From: Candidatus Aceula lacicola
Lineage (GTDB): Bacteria > Omnitrophota > Gorgyraeia > Zapsychrales > Aceulaceae
Reading direction: 5' to 3'
Assembly: GCA_030765785.1 (NCBI GenBank)
Contig: JAVCCC010000004.1
Location: forward strand, 10,008 to 74,007
Length of the DNA: 64,000 bases
The notes below the pieces were generated by a model. That model was not told the DNA's origin. It saw nothing but the letters and a program-made list of their open reading frames with translations, and searched no databases. The position numbers and the translations under genes are program-made. Positions 18,432 to 32,629 of the stretch are shown piece by piece (within the stretch, counting starts at the first letter, position 1; each line of letters opens with the position of its first letter).

Positions 18432-19284
18432 CTTGTTTATTTTTTCTTTTTTTAATTTCCATCTCTAAATGGCATTGCTCGTGATCTGAACTCTCTCTTT
18501 TTTTATAAGAATTAAGCCGATGCATCATGTTGTCAAAATCGACAAGATGCCCATCAAATTCAGGACCATCAACACATACAAATTGAGTTTTTCCTCCCAC
18601 TGTTACGCGGCAACCTCCACACATACCCGTTCCATCAACCATAATTGTGTTAAGAGAAACAACCGTCGAGACTCCGTATGGTCGAGTGGTTTCAGAGCAA
18701 AATTTCATCATGATAGGAGGACCAATAGCTGTAACTAGGTCAGGTTTTTTAGCACGTTCACACAACTCTTTTAAGGGTTCGGTAACTAGCGCCTTTCGAC
18801 CATAAGAGCCATCGTCTGTACATATGATTATCTCATCGGCGATAGTTTTCATTTCATCTTCAAGAATAACCAATTCTTTGGTGCGAGCTCCTATAATAAT
18901 GATTAGTTTGTTACCAGCGGCTTTTAAAGCTTTTGCAATTGGATATAGCGGAGCAACGCCAATTCCGCCCCCAACGCCTACAACTGTGCCAAAGTTTTCA
19001 ATGTGCGTTGGCTTGCCCAGCGGGCCGACAAGATTAAGAATCTTGTCTTCCTCTTCAAGCTCTGCAAGCAAATGGGTTGTTTTTCCAACTGTTTGAAAAA
19101 TTAACGTGATGGAACCTTGTTTATTGTCGGAATCGGCAATAGTCAAAGGAATTCGTTCGCCTTCTTCAGAAATTTGCAAAATGATAAACTGTCCTGGCTG
19201 GCATTCTTCGGCGATAAGAGGAGCTTCAATTTGAAATCTAAAAACCTCTTCGGATATTTGCTTTTTTTCAATAATTTTATTCAT
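18415..19284 (-). CDS. nfnA: NfnA/SudB FAD/NAD-binding [2Fe-2S] subunit
   Basis: ERIPLTIAD, GGGIGVAP, MVDGTGMCGGCR and CVDGPEF motifs. Confidence 0.9.
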   Translation of the reverse strand: MNKIIEKKQISEEVFRFQIEAPLIAEECQPGQFIILQISEEGERIPLTIADSDNKQGSITLIFQTVGKTTHLLAELEEEDKILNLVGPLGKPTHIENFGTVVGVGGGIGVAPLYPIAKALKAAGNKLIIIIGARTKELVILEDEMKTIADEIIICTDDGSYGRKALVTEPLKELCERAKKPDLVTAIGPPIMMKFCSETTRPYGVSTVVSLNTIMVDGTGMCGGCRVTVGGKTQFVCVDGPEFDGHLVDFDNMMHRLNSYKKRESSDHEQCHLEMEIKKRKNKQDAPKQ

Positions 19285-19424
19285 TGTTTTTAGAGGTATC
19301 CCTTTGATGATTTTTATTTTTGCCTATTTCTTAGGCATTAGAATTTTTACCAAAAAACTCATAATTTATTCAAAAAAAAAGAAAAAGACGCCCTTGAATT
19401 GGACCCCTTTGCCGCAATGCAGCC

Positions 19425-19453
19425 ATATTATTACGCACGCTATGCCTTGTCAA
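19425..19453 (-). promoter_or_regulatory. sigma70-type promoter of the nfnAB operon
   Basis: TTGACA-17nt-TAATAT. Confidence 0.55.
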
Positions 19454-19461
19454 TATTTTTT

Positions 19462-20454
19462 TCAAATTTTTGATTTCTGTAAAAATAATTCATTGATCGC
19501 GTCTGGACAAAAATCACGAACACAATTTTTATCAGCAATAGGCCAAAAGCTGACCACTACATCGATATTGCGAAATTTTGAATATCTCTTAACCAAAGAA
19601 GCAGCTGTTAATAAAAGTTTGTCATCCGGACTTTTTCCTTTTAATACAGCGGTTGGCCCTTGAAAATCTTTAAGTTCAAGAATGAAATCATCATCCTCTG
19701 CATGCTCAACGAGTTTGTCATTTTCAAATTCATCGCGCCCAAGAATGACTTTAAAATGTTTATTAATTCGAACGTGTCGACCCCATCTTAAGCTGATAAT
19801 TTCATCAAGATTTTTGTAACCATATGTAAAGCTATCTTTTATCCTGCGAGCAAAATTTCTATCTGTCAAAAGACATCCACCACCCGTTGGCGTATAATTT
19901 TTAATGTCAAGTTCGCGTCCCATTTGTTGAAGATTTGAACGCGAACGCCCAGAGAAATTATGCAGCTTTTCACGATCGATCTTGCCTTCTTTTTCTGCGT
20001 CCGTTGGGTCAAGCAATTTGGCGCATAAAGGCCGAAGAAGACACCCCTTTAGTCCACTTTCTTTCTCGACACTTGCTAAACTATGACGCATTTGAGACAT
20101 TGGCCTTTGTCCTAAAACTTCACCGGTTGCGACAAAATCAGCATCGATTTCTTCCATATATCTTTTTGCTTTTTTAAGATTGTAAATACGACAATCAACG
20201 CAAGGATTAATGGCAGAGCCATAGCCGTGGCGAGGATTTTTGACAATTTCTAAGAAATCTTCGTTGAGCTGAATAATCTTAAGGGGAATTTTAAGCTGTT
20301 CTGCGATGCCCACAGAACGAGGCTTGTCACCACAGCCCCATGGAAGGATAAAATGAAGACCGTAAACATTCACCCCAAGATCAATTAAAATCTTGGTAGC
20401 AAGTGCGCTATCGAGCCCTCCAGAAATCATGCTAACAGCTTTTACTTTTTTCAT
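19462..20454 (-). CDS. ThiI/MnmA-like PP-loop tRNA thiolation protein
   Basis: SGGLDS PP-loop; PCVDCR, GEVLGQRPMSQ and GGCLLTD motifs. Confidence 0.8.
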   Translation of the reverse strand: MKKVKAVSMISGGLDSALATKILIDLGVNVYGLHFILPWGCGDKPRSVGIAEQLKIPLKIIQLNEDFLEIVKNPRHGYGSAINPCVDCRIYNLKKAKRYMEEIDADFVATGEVLGQRPMSQMRHSLASVEKESGLKGCLLRPLCAKLLDPTDAEKEGKIDREKLHNFSGRSRSNLQQMGRELDIKNYTPTGGGCLLTDRNFARRIKDSFTYGYKNLDEIISLRWGRHVRINKHFKVILGRDEFENDKLVEHAEDDDFILELKDFQGPTAVLKGKSPDDKLLLTAASLVKRYSKFRNIDVVVSFWPIADKNCVRDFCPDAINELFLQKSKI

Positions 20455-20605
20455 AATAGTTTATTTCTCTTTGATTCGCGTGTATGCTAGCGCAATTTTC
20501 TTTTGCTTTCAAGATAATTATTTGTACACCGAGGAAAATGTTGCGTCCGCTTTACATTTATGTTATATATATTAATCTTACAAACTTTAAATAGAGAGTT
20601 TAAAT

Positions 20606-22336
20606 ATGGCAAAAGAAATAAGAAATAAGAAATTAATGACGGGTGCTCAAGCCTTGATCAAATGTTTGGAAAATCAAGGTGTTGAATACATGTTTGGGTT
20701 ACCAGGCGGGTCTGTCATTCCGATATTTGATGCTTTGGTGGATTCAAAAATAAAATCGATTTTAGTTCGACACGAACAAGGTGCAACGCATATGGCCGAT
20801 GGCTATGCGCGCGTAACAGGAAGACCTGGAGTTGCACTTGTAACAAGCGGTCCGGCGGCAACAAATACGATTACGGGAATTATGACCGCCCACATGGATT
20901 CAGTTCCAATGGTTGTTTTGTGCGGACAAACCATTACGCCAATGCTGGGCAAAGATGCCTTTCAAGAAACAGATACCTTCGGTGTCAGCATGCCAGTTGT
21001 TAAGCACAGTTATCTTGTTAAAAAAACTAATGATATTCCAAGAATTGTCAAAGAAGCTTTTCATTTAGCTCAAACAGGTAGACCTGGTCCTGTCTTGATA
21101 GATTTGCCTAAAGATGTTACTTCGGGTCCTTTTACTGGAAGCTCATTAAATCCTAATACTGATCTTCCGGGATATAACATTCCTTCTTTAGGGAAGAAAA
21201 ACGACATCTTAAAAATTGCTAAATTATTAAAACAATCCAAACGACCGCTATTGCTTGTCGGGCATGGTGCAATTATTTCCAAAGCAAGCTCTTCTGTTAG
21301 AAAATTAGTAGAAAAATTACAAGCACCTGTCGTGAATACTCTTCTGGGGAAAGGCGCTTTTCCTGAAACGCATCCCCTTTCTTTAGGAATGGTTGGTATG
21401 CACGGAACAGCATATTCAAACAAGGCGATCACATTGTGTGATTTAATTTTTTCTATTGGTTCTCGATGGGATGATAGAATCAATTCAAACAATGCTGAAT
21501 TTTGTTTAGGTGCGAAAAAAATACATATTGATATTGATCCTGCTGAGATTGGCAAAATTGTAAAGCCTGACGCTAGCTGTGTTGGTGACGCAAAGCTCAT
21601 TTTGGATGAACTCATAAAACATGTTTCGAAACTCGATACCGATGAATGGATTCGAGAACTGAAATATTTAAAAAAAGAGTATCCCCTTCATTACAACAAT
21701 GAAAAAGGATTGAGCGCACAGTATGTGATAGATGAACTTTATAATGTTACAAAAGGGAAAGCAATTGTTGCCACAGATGTAGGTCAACATCAAATGTGGG
21801 CTGCGCAATTTTATAAAAGCGACTATCCAGATTGCTGGCTTTCTTCTGGGGGAGCGGGAACAATGGGATACGGTTTCCCGGCTGCGATTGGTGCGCAATT
21901 TGGACGCCCGAAAGATCTTGTTGTTGCAATTTGTGGTGATGGCGGTTTTCAAATGACACTTTATGAATTATCGACAATTTTTAATCATAAGTTACCTGTT
22001 AAAATTTTAATCATCGATAATAAATATTTAGGAATGGTTCGTCAATGGCAAGAATTGTTTTTTGACAATAGGCTTTCTGGTGTTGACTTGGAAGGTAATC
22101 CAGATTTTGTTAAGCTTGCCGAAGCATATAATGTAAAAGGATTTCATGTTGATAATCCAAAAGATGTTCGAAAAACATTAGAAGCGGCAATGAAACATAA
22201 AGGGCCAGCCTTAATTCACGCGGAAGTCGTTAAGCAAGGTAATGTTTTTCCAATGGTGCCAGCAGGAAAATCTGCACATCATATGATTATAGAGCCGCCA
22301 ACGCAAAAATTAGAAAAACCAACAGGAAGTACGTAA
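20606..22336 (+). CDS. ilvB: Acetolactate synthase large subunit
   Basis: [27 protein letters not shown] and GMVRQWQ motifs. Confidence 0.95.
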   Translation: MAKEIRNKKLMTGAQALIKCLENQGVEYMFGLPGGSVIPIFDALVDSKIKSILVRHEQGATHMADGYARVTGRPGVALVTSGPAATNTITGIMTAHMDSVPMVVLCGQTITPMLGKDAFQETDTFGVSMPVVKHSYLVKKTNDIPRIVKEAFHLAQTGRPGPVLIDLPKDVTSGPFTGSSLNPNTDLPGYNIPSLGKKNDILKIAKLLKQSKRPLLLVGHGAIISKASSSVRKLVEKLQAPVVNTLLGKGAFPETHPLSLGMVGMHGTAYSNKAITLCDLIFSIGSRWDDRINSNNAEFCLGAKKIHIDIDPAEIGKIVKPDASCVGDAKLILDELIKHVSKLDTDEWIRELKYLKKEYPLHYNNEKGLSAQYVIDELYNVTKGKAIVATDVGQHQMWAAQFYKSDYPDCWLSSGGAGTMGYGFPAAIGAQFGRPKDLVVAICGDGGFQMTLYELSTIFNHKLPVKILIIDNKYLGMVRQWQELFFDNRLSGVDLEGNPDFVKLAEAYNVKGFHVDNPKDVRKTLEAAMKHKGPALIHAEVVKQGNVFPMVPAGKSAHHMIIEPPTQKLEKPTGST

Positions 22337-22346
22337 GGTTAATATT

Positions 22347-22850
22347 ATGAGCAAAAAAATAAATAAAGTACACACTATCAGTTTTCTTGTCGCGAATAAA
22401 CCTGGAGTTCTTGTTCGAGTTGCTCTTGTCTTTGCAAAACGAGGATACAACATCGATTCCTTGGTTGTATCTCCCTCTTTTAACGAGAAATACTCAAGAA
22501 TGACGATAGCGGCTCAAGGAGACCTCGCCACGCTTGATCAAATTGTCAAACAGGCAGCCAAATTAGTTGACGTTCTTAATGTGAGCGAACATCCACCAGA
22601 AAACGCTATTGAAAAAGAATTCGCGCTTCTTAAGATTCGATGTAAGCCACAACAAAAAGTATCGTTACAAAAGATTTTAAAGAAATATAAAGCACATATT
22701 GTCGATATGACGAATGCTGCCGTTGTTGTTGAGCACACAGGTACGACCTCTGAGCTCAATGAACTTGAAATAAAATTAAAGAAATATGGGTTGATTGAGA
22801 TGATTCGAACCGGAAAGGTTTTGATGGTTCGAGGAAAAGAAACAACTTAA
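22347..22850 (+). CDS. ilvN: Acetolactate synthase small (ACT) subunit
   Basis: NKPGVLVRV, RGYNIDSL and EMIRTG motifs. Confidence 0.92.
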   Translation: MSKKINKVHTISFLVANKPGVLVRVALVFAKRGYNIDSLVVSPSFNEKYSRMTIAAQGDLATLDQIVKQAAKLVDVLNVSEHPPENAIEKEFALLKIRCKPQQKVSLQKILKKYKAHIVDMTNAAVVVEHTGTTSELNELEIKLKKYGLIEMIRTGKVLMVRGKETT

Positions 22851-22876
22851 AGCTTAGACTTAAAGGGTATGATATA

Positions 22877-22908
22877 AAAAAGCGATCAAAATATTTTGAT
22901 CGCTTTTT
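22877..22908. terminator. Bidirectional terminator between convergent ilvN and trxB
   Basis: Perfect palindrome aaaaagcgatcaaaat-attttgatcgcttttt. Confidence 0.75.
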
Positions 22909-22934
22909 AAATTACTGATTTTTTTTAGAAAATA

Positions 22935-23879
22935 CTAAACGTCTTCTTTAAGATAGTGATCTGCTTCAGTGGCTGCCATGCAACCAGACCCAGCAGCTGT
23001 AATGGCCTGACGATAAATTTTATCCTGCACATCTCCACAAGCAAAAACACCAGAAACATTTGTTTGCGTTGTTCCGGGCTTTGTCATGATATATCCTGCT
23101 TCGTCAATTTCAATTTGACCATCTAAAAAATCTGTATTTGGCTCATGTCCAACAGCATAAAAAAGACCTGACACTTCCATCTTGTCTTCTTTCGATGTTT
23201 TTGCATGCTTTGTTTTAAGAGATGTGAGAAACTGTTCGCCCATCGCTTCAGCAACGTGAGTTTCCCAAATCATTTTAATCTTGTCGTTATTTAAAACACG
23301 ATCTTGCATAGTTTTTGATGCACGTAAAACATCGCGTCTAACAAACATTAAAACCTTACTTGCGTATTTTGTTAAATGAAGCGCCTCCTCGCAAGCAGTG
23401 TCCCCGCCGCCGATAATTCCTAAAACTTTGTTTCGAAATAATGGCAATGCTCCATCGCAAACGGCACAAGCTGAAATTCCTTTTTGCCAAAATTTATCTT
23501 CATTCACAATGCCTAATCTTTTGGCTGTTGCACCCGTTGCAATAATAATTGTCTTTGTTTCGACAGAATCTTTTTCAGCTATAACTTTAAACGGTTTAGA
23601 TTTAAGATCAATCATTGTAACGGTCTTCGTTTCAATGCGAGCGCCACACTTGATAGCCTGTTTGCGCATCTGGTCCATTAATTCTGATCCGCCAATACCA
23701 TCAGGAAACCCTGGAAAATTTTCAATCTCAGTTGTTGTTGTAAGCTGACCACCAGCGGCAATATTTCCCGCCATCATTCCCTCAAACATCAATGGTTTTA
23801 ATTCGGATCGGCCTGCATAAATAGCAGCGGTATGAGCTGCTGGTCCAGACCCAATAATAATAACATTTTCAATCTTCAT
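22935..23879 (-). CDS. trxB: Thioredoxin reductase
   Basis: GSGPA, CAVCDG, GGGDTA and FACGDV motifs; start likely at MKIENV. Confidence 0.95.
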   Translation of the reverse strand: MKIENVIIIGSGPAAHTAAIYAGRSELKPLMFEGMMAGNIAAGGQLTTTTEIENFPGFPDGIGGSELMDQMRKQAIKCGARIETKTVTMIDLKSKPFKVIAEKDSVETKTIIIATGATAKRLGIVNEDKFWQKGISACAVCDGALPLFRNKVLGIIGGGDTACEEALHLTKYASKVLMFVRRDVLRASKTMQDRVLNNDKIKMIWETHVAEAMGEQFLTSLKTKHAKTSKEDKMEVSGLFYAVGHEPNTDFLDGQIEIDEAGYIMTKPGTTQTNVSGVFACGDVQDKIYRQAITAAGSGCMAATEADHYLKEDV

Positions 23880-24993
23880 TTTGTTCCTCCACATTCATTT
23901 TAGAAAAACTTGGATGCAAATCGCTATATTTTTTCATCACAACGGATTCACTGGTTATGTTTGATTCGTAAGCATTCTCTTCTCTATCAATTAATTCATC
24001 TAAATTCTGATCTGACTTAATTGTAAAACCTGCATCTTTAATCATTTGTAAAGTTTTCTTTCGACTTAAGCCTGTAGCATTTAAATAGCCGTCCATAAAA
24101 ATAGAACTTGCTGGATACAGTCCAAGTGCTTGCAAGTCTCGTAAATGGTATTCTCGTCCGGCAGCAATTCTAATTTCGACTGCAGGATTTAAAAACCGAT
24201 ATAAGCAAAGTATTCGTAAGCACAACTGTGGTGTTAATTCATTTGCTTTTGTTAATACATTTCCTTCAATGGGAAGAAGAAAATTTACAGGAATAGATTT
24301 TACATTTTTAAATTTTCGAAGCGTTAAAGCAGCATCTATGATATCGTCGATGCTTTCGCCCATTCCAACAATGACACCAGAACAAATATCAAGCTCAGCA
24401 TTTTGAGCTGCATTTAAAGTGTCAATGCGCTTTTGAAAGGAATGCGTTGTGCAAATATTTTTATAATGATTAGCTGACGTATTAATATTGTGGTTGAGTC
24501 GATTAAGGCCTGCCTTTTTTAAGATTTTCGCTTCATCTTCTGTGATAAATCCAGGTGAAACACAAACCTCGATTGGAAATCTTGACTTAATTTCTTTAAT
24601 GATGCTAACAAGATGTTTGATGCGGCTTTTCGACTGACACTTTCCAGAAAAAACCATACAATGACGAAACGCACCAGCTTTATAGGCTTGCTCTGCTTCT
24701 TTAAAAATCTCATCATCAGATTTCATAGGATACTTTTCAATCTTTGCGCTTGAGGATTTTGATTGAGCACAATAGTGACAATCTTCAGAACACGAGCCAT
24801 TTTGAACATTGTTAATAATATGAATTCTTACCTCGTTTTTCCAATATTTAAAACGCAGCTTATAGGCGGCCTGAAGAAGTGAAAGCAATTGAATTTTTGG
24901 AGATGTGAGAATTGCTTGGCATTCCTCGCTTGATAGAATTTCACCAGAAAGGCTTTTATTTGTTAAGTTTGTATAAAATTTAGTATTCATCAT
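23869..24993 (-). CDS. bioB: Biotin synthase
   Basis: CSEDCHYCAQS, NHNINTS, CSGVIVGMGE, PVNFL and IAAGRE motifs. Confidence 0.92.
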   Translation of the reverse strand: MMNTKFYTNLTNKSLSGEILSSEECQAILTSPKIQLLSLLQAAYKLRFKYWKNEVRIHIINNVQNGSCSEDCHYCAQSKSSSAKIEKYPMKSDDEIFKEAEQAYKAGAFRHCMVFSGKCQSKSRIKHLVSIIKEIKSRFPIEVCVSPGFITEDEAKILKKAGLNRLNHNINTSANHYKNICTTHSFQKRIDTLNAAQNAELDICSGVIVGMGESIDDIIDAALTLRKFKNVKSIPVNFLLPIEGNVLTKANELTPQLCLRILCLYRFLNPAVEIRIAAGREYHLRDLQALGLYPASSIFMDGYLNATGLSRKKTLQMIKDAGFTIKSDQNLDELIDREENAYESNITSESVVMKKYSDLHPSFSKMNVEEQNED

Positions 24994-24999
24994 TGATGT

Positions 25000-25086
25000 A
25001 TTCTAATGCAAGTCAGCAAAAAAATCAAATAGTTAACGAATAATAATTGGAAAAGACTTGCTAAAAGTATTAATATTATGTATATT
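25000..25086. promoter_or_regulatory. Divergent, probably leaderless promoters of bioB and the downstream hypothetical gene
   Basis: Minus strand: TTGATT-17-TAGAAT-6-ATG(24993). Plus strand: TTGCTA-17-TATATT-6-ATG(25093). Confidence 0.55.
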
Positions 25087-25092
25087 ACTCCT

Positions 25093-26898
25093 ATGAAAAA
25101 ATTGCATACTTTTCATATTCCTGTCATGGGAACTGGATTTTCAATCGACACGCCTCTTAAAGTTGCTAAATATGGTATTTCTTCTGTAATTTCCCTTGTA
25201 GATGACACCTTAATTGAGCAGATGCGTAAATTTTATAGCTCTCTTTATGGCGAAGATTATAAGGAAATCAAAAAAGACGACCCAGACCATAGGGCGCGAC
25301 GCATCACCGAATATTTAAACCTTATTGATCGGATTGTAAAAAAACAGATTAAAGACTTAAAATCTTCAGCATTTGAGACAGGAAGCGAGATTACAAAATA
25401 TTTTGAGCTTCTGCCGGACACCTCTCCTTTTAAGAAACTTTATCAAGAGATGCTTTCAACTAAGGATTTAGAAGTAAAAGAAAGGCTTCAAAACGAGCTG
25501 CGCGAGAATGTGAAAGCCGGTAGTATTGATGTTAATATTATGACAAAGCTTGATCGCACAAATTTTGATAAAGATGGCAAAGAGCTTCCCTCTGAATTCT
25601 CAGATGCGCTTGCTGCTTTTCGAGGTTATGCACAAAGTACCTTAGCATCAGCGATTATTTTTTCAGCTGGATTTAATCGAAAACTTTATAGTTATATTGA
25701 AAATTTTAAAGATTTTTATTGTAATGCGACAGGTGAAATAAAAAAGAAAATTGTTTTAAAGGTAAGTGATTATCGATCATGTATTACTCAAGGTAAATTT
25801 TTAGCTAAAAAAGGTCTTTGGGTTTCTGAATATCGCATCGAATCTGGTCTTAATTGTGGCGGACATGCTTTTATTTCAGAAGGATTTCTTTTAGGTCCTA
25901 TTTTAGAAGAAATGAAAGTAAAGCGTGACGAGCTATTTTCTGGCATTAAAAGTGTTTATGAAAAAGCTGTTAAATTAAAAAATGATTTCTCTGCGATGCC
26001 TCCCGACGCAAAGATTACCGTTCAAGGCGGTATTGGAACACATGACGAAGATCAATTTCTGATGAATCATTATGATCTTGACGGAACAGGTTGGGCAACA
26101 CCTTTTCTTCTTGTTCCTGAAGTCTCTAATGTCGATGAAAAAACTTTAGAAAAATTACGCGTTTGCGATGAAGATGATCTTTATTTAAGCAATTGTTCAC
26201 CCATTGGAGTTCCTTTTAATAATCTTAAAAGTGCTCCAAGCAATGTCGTGCAAGAACGGCGCGTACAAGATGACCGCCCGGGAAGCAACTGCTTCAAAGG
26301 ACATCTTAAATTTAATACAGAATTTACAAATTTACCAATTTGCATTGCATCGCGTCAATACCAAAAGCTAAAACTTGAACAAATTGAAAATTCAGACGAT
26401 AAAGAAAACCTTCCTTCCAAAAAAGATGTTGTTGTGAAAACGTGTATTTGCCATGATCTTGGAGCTTCCGCTTTGATGGTCAACGGCATTGAAACAAAGC
26501 AGTCTTTGGAGCCTGCGATTTGTCCAGGTCCAAATCTAGCATATTTTTCAAAAGTGGTAACCTTAAAAGAAATGACAGATCATATTTACGGTCGAATCGA
26601 TCTTTTAAATTCAAAATATCGTCAACATGTTTTTATTAAAGAAGTTGGGCTTTATATTGATTCTTTTGTTAAAGAAATAAAGCATTGTAAATGTACGTTG
26701 ACGGATAAGCAAGTTACTTATTTTAATGGATTTAAGAAAAATCTTATAGCTGGTATTGATTATTATTATGATTTATTTTCAAAACTTATGAAAGACGCAC
26801 AAGACCAGCAAAAACGAATTTTTGATGAATTAAAAGAATTTCGATCTAAGCTTGAACGCATTACCCCTGATCAAATCAATCCTCTTCGGAAGAAATAG
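25093..26898 (+). CDS. Conserved hypothetical protein, probable FMN-dependent TIM-barrel oxidoreductase (NMO/FabK-like)
   Basis: HTFHIPVMGTGF, ESGLNCGGH, ITVQGGIG and GWATPFLLVPE motifs; C-terminal Cys cluster. Confidence 0.6.
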   Translation: MKKLHTFHIPVMGTGFSIDTPLKVAKYGISSVISLVDDTLIEQMRKFYSSLYGEDYKEIKKDDPDHRARRITEYLNLIDRIVKKQIKDLKSSAFETGSEITKYFELLPDTSPFKKLYQEMLSTKDLEVKERLQNELRENVKAGSIDVNIMTKLDRTNFDKDGKELPSEFSDALAAFRGYAQSTLASAIIFSAGFNRKLYSYIENFKDFYCNATGEIKKKIVLKVSDYRSCITQGKFLAKKGLWVSEYRIESGLNCGGHAFISEGFLLGPILEEMKVKRDELFSGIKSVYEKAVKLKNDFSAMPPDAKITVQGGIGTHDEDQFLMNHYDLDGTGWATPFLLVPEVSNVDEKTLEKLRVCDEDDLYLSNCSPIGVPFNNLKSAPSNVVQERRVQDDRPGSNCFKGHLKFNTEFTNLPICIASRQYQKLKLEQIENSDDKENLPSKKDVVVKTCICHDLGASALMVNGIETKQSLEPAICPGPNLAYFSKVVTLKEMTDHIYGRIDLLNSKYRQHVFIKEVGLYIDSFVKEIKHCKCTLTDKQVTYFNGFKKNLIAGIDYYYDLFSKLMKDAQDQQKRIFDELKEFRSKLERITPDQINPLRKK

Positions 26899-26913
26899 AT
26901 AAATCTTTATTGA

Positions 26914-29080
<2,167 letters not shown>

Positions 29081-29118
29081 AGGTGCTCCTTTTTAAGTTA
29101 TGCGTTATAAGAAATATT

Positions 29119-29146
29119 ATTATAAACCCCTCTTTTGACCTGTCAA
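29119..29146 (-). promoter_or_regulatory. sigma70 promoter of redoxin-thiC
   Basis: TTGACA-16nt-TATAAT. Confidence 0.65.
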
Positions 29147-29224
29147 GGACAAACAGCGAGGCTTTTAGTTGCTTTTTGAGATATTTAAAATATAATAAAA
29201 ACATCATTGCTACGAAAGGATATT

Positions 29225-29872
29225 ATGTCGGATTCAAACATTTTGATAAAACAGATCATGGTCGGACCTATGCAAAACTTTGCATATTTTATCGGTGACA
29301 AAAAAAGTAATCAAATCGCTGTTGTAGATCCTGCTTGGGACATCAACCTAATCTGCCAGGAAGCAGAAAAAAGTGATCTAAAAATTACAGCCATTCTTTT
29401 AACACATGGACACTATGATCATGCCGATGGTGTTTGTGATTTGCTTGAACGCTACGATGTCCCCGTTTATATTTCTCAACAAGAAATGCCTATTTATATG
29501 CCAAATTGTAAGAATTTAAAGAAAATCAAAGATCATGAAAAAGTTAAAATTGGAAATATTGATATCGAATGTATATTAACACCTGGCCATACGCCAGGAT
29601 GCCTCTGTTTTTATGTCCCTGGGCATTTGATCACAGGCGATACTCTTTTTGTTCATGGATGTGGACGTTGTGACTTGCCTGGTGGCGATGCAAAGAAAAT
29701 GCACCATTCTCTTTATAATATTATTGGGAAATTACCTGAAGAAACAATAATTTATCCAGGCCATTTTTATGGGCCCTCGGAAACAGCTACATTAAAATCT
29801 CAAAAAGAAACAAACCCTTACCTGCAGAGCAAAGATTTAGAACACTTTTTATCAAAACGAATGGGGCTTTAA
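29225..29872 (+). CDS. MBL-fold metallo-hydrolase (glyoxalase II-like)
   Basis: THGHYDH, TPGHTPG, TGDTLF and YPGH motifs; AAGGA RBS before the ATG at 29225. Confidence 0.9.
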   Translation: MSDSNILIKQIMVGPMQNFAYFIGDKKSNQIAVVDPAWDINLICQEAEKSDLKITAILLTHGHYDHADGVCDLLERYDVPVYISQQEMPIYMPNCKNLKKIKDHEKVKIGNIDIECILTPGHTPGCLCFYVPGHLITGDTLFVHGCGRCDLPGGDAKKMHHSLYNIIGKLPEETIIYPGHFYGPSETATLKSQKETNPYLQSKDLEHFLSKRMGL

Positions 29873-29875
29873 TAT

Positions 29876-30802
29876 TTACTCTTCAAACAACCATGTTGAC
29901 AAATAACGCTCTCCTGTATCGCATAAAATTGTTACAATTGTCTTGCCTTTGGCCTCAGGCCGCTTAGCAACCTCGAGAGCAGCCCAAACATTGGCGCCCG
30001 AAGAAATTCCTGATAGAATTCCCTCTTCTTTTGCAAGGCGTCTTGATGTCTGGCCTGCATTTTCATGAGAAACCCGAATAACTTCATCAATAATGCTTTT
30101 ATCGACGACATCTGGAATAAATCCTGCACCAATGCCTTGAATTTTATGTGGACCTGGATTGCCTCCAGATAAAACAGGCGAATCAACAGGCTCAACAGCA
30201 ATAATTTTAACATCAGGATTTTTTTCTTTTAGAATCGTGCCTACACCAGTTAAGGTTCCTCCTGTCCCAACACCAACAATAAAAAAATCAACGATGCCAT
30301 CTGTATCACTTAAAATTTCTTGTGCAGTTGTTTTTTTATGAATTTCAGGATTAGCAGGGTTTTGAAATTGTTGTGGCATAAAACTATTCTTTGTTTGAGC
30401 AACAATCTCTTCAGCCTTTTCAATAGCTCCCTTCATTCCTTTGGCTCCGTCTGTCAAAACAAGCTCTGCGCCAAGCGCTTTAAAAAGTTTTCGACGTTCC
30501 ACACTCATGGTATCTGGCATGGTCAAAATAAGCTTGTAGCCTTTGGCTGCTGAGACAAAAGAAAGTGCAATACCAGTGTTTCCGCTTGTAGGTTCAACAA
30601 TAACAGAGTCTTTCTTTAGAATTCCTTTTTTTTCAGCCGCTTCAATCATGGCCAATCCAATGCGATCTTTAACACTTGAAAGAGGATTAAAAAATTCTGC
30701 TTTCACGAGGACGGTTGCACCTAACCCCTCTGTTAATTTATTAATTCTAATCAGTGGCGTATTGCCTATTGTTTGTGTAATGTCATTAAATATCTTTGCC
30801 AT
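29876..30802 (-). CDS. cysK: Cysteine synthase A
   Basis: SVKDRIG PLP lysine; [15 protein letters not shown] and HKIQGIG motifs. Confidence 0.95.
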   Translation of the reverse strand: MAKIFNDITQTIGNTPLIRINKLTEGLGATVLVKAEFFNPLSSVKDRIGLAMIEAAEKKGILKKDSVIVEPTSGNTGIALSFVSAAKGYKLILTMPDTMSVERRKLFKALGAELVLTDGAKGMKGAIEKAEEIVAQTKNSFMPQQFQNPANPEIHKKTTAQEILSDTDGIVDFFIVGVGTGGTLTGVGTILKEKNPDVKIIAVEPVDSPVLSGGNPGPHKIQGIGAGFIPDVVDKSIIDEVIRVSHENAGQTSRRLAKEEGILSGISSGANVWAALEVAKRPEAKGKTIVTILCDTGERYLSTWLFEE

Positions 30803-30812
30803 AACAATCTCC

Positions 30813-32547
<1,735 letters not shown>

Positions 32548-32561
32548 TTCATTGTCTACCT

Positions 32562-32609
32562 TTTCTATCGATTTAGTAGAAATTATAGCAATAAAATAAT
32601 TTCTGTCAA
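32562..32609 (-). promoter_or_regulatory. Promoter with putative Rrf2 autoregulatory operator
   Basis: TTGACA-16-(TGc)TATAAT followed immediately by the inverted repeat TTTCTA-N9-TAGAAA. Confidence 0.6.
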
Positions 32610-32629
32610 GAATTCTTTTATTAGTAGCT

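Noticed and set aside
19304-19663. 119-aa plus-strand ORF between nfnA and the ThiI-like gene
   Set aside because: It overlaps a promoter and an antisense CDS, has low-complexity sequence, and lacks an RBS.
24994-25092. BirA operator upstream of bioB
   Set aside because: No TGTAAAC-N14/16-GTTTACA-like palindrome is visible.
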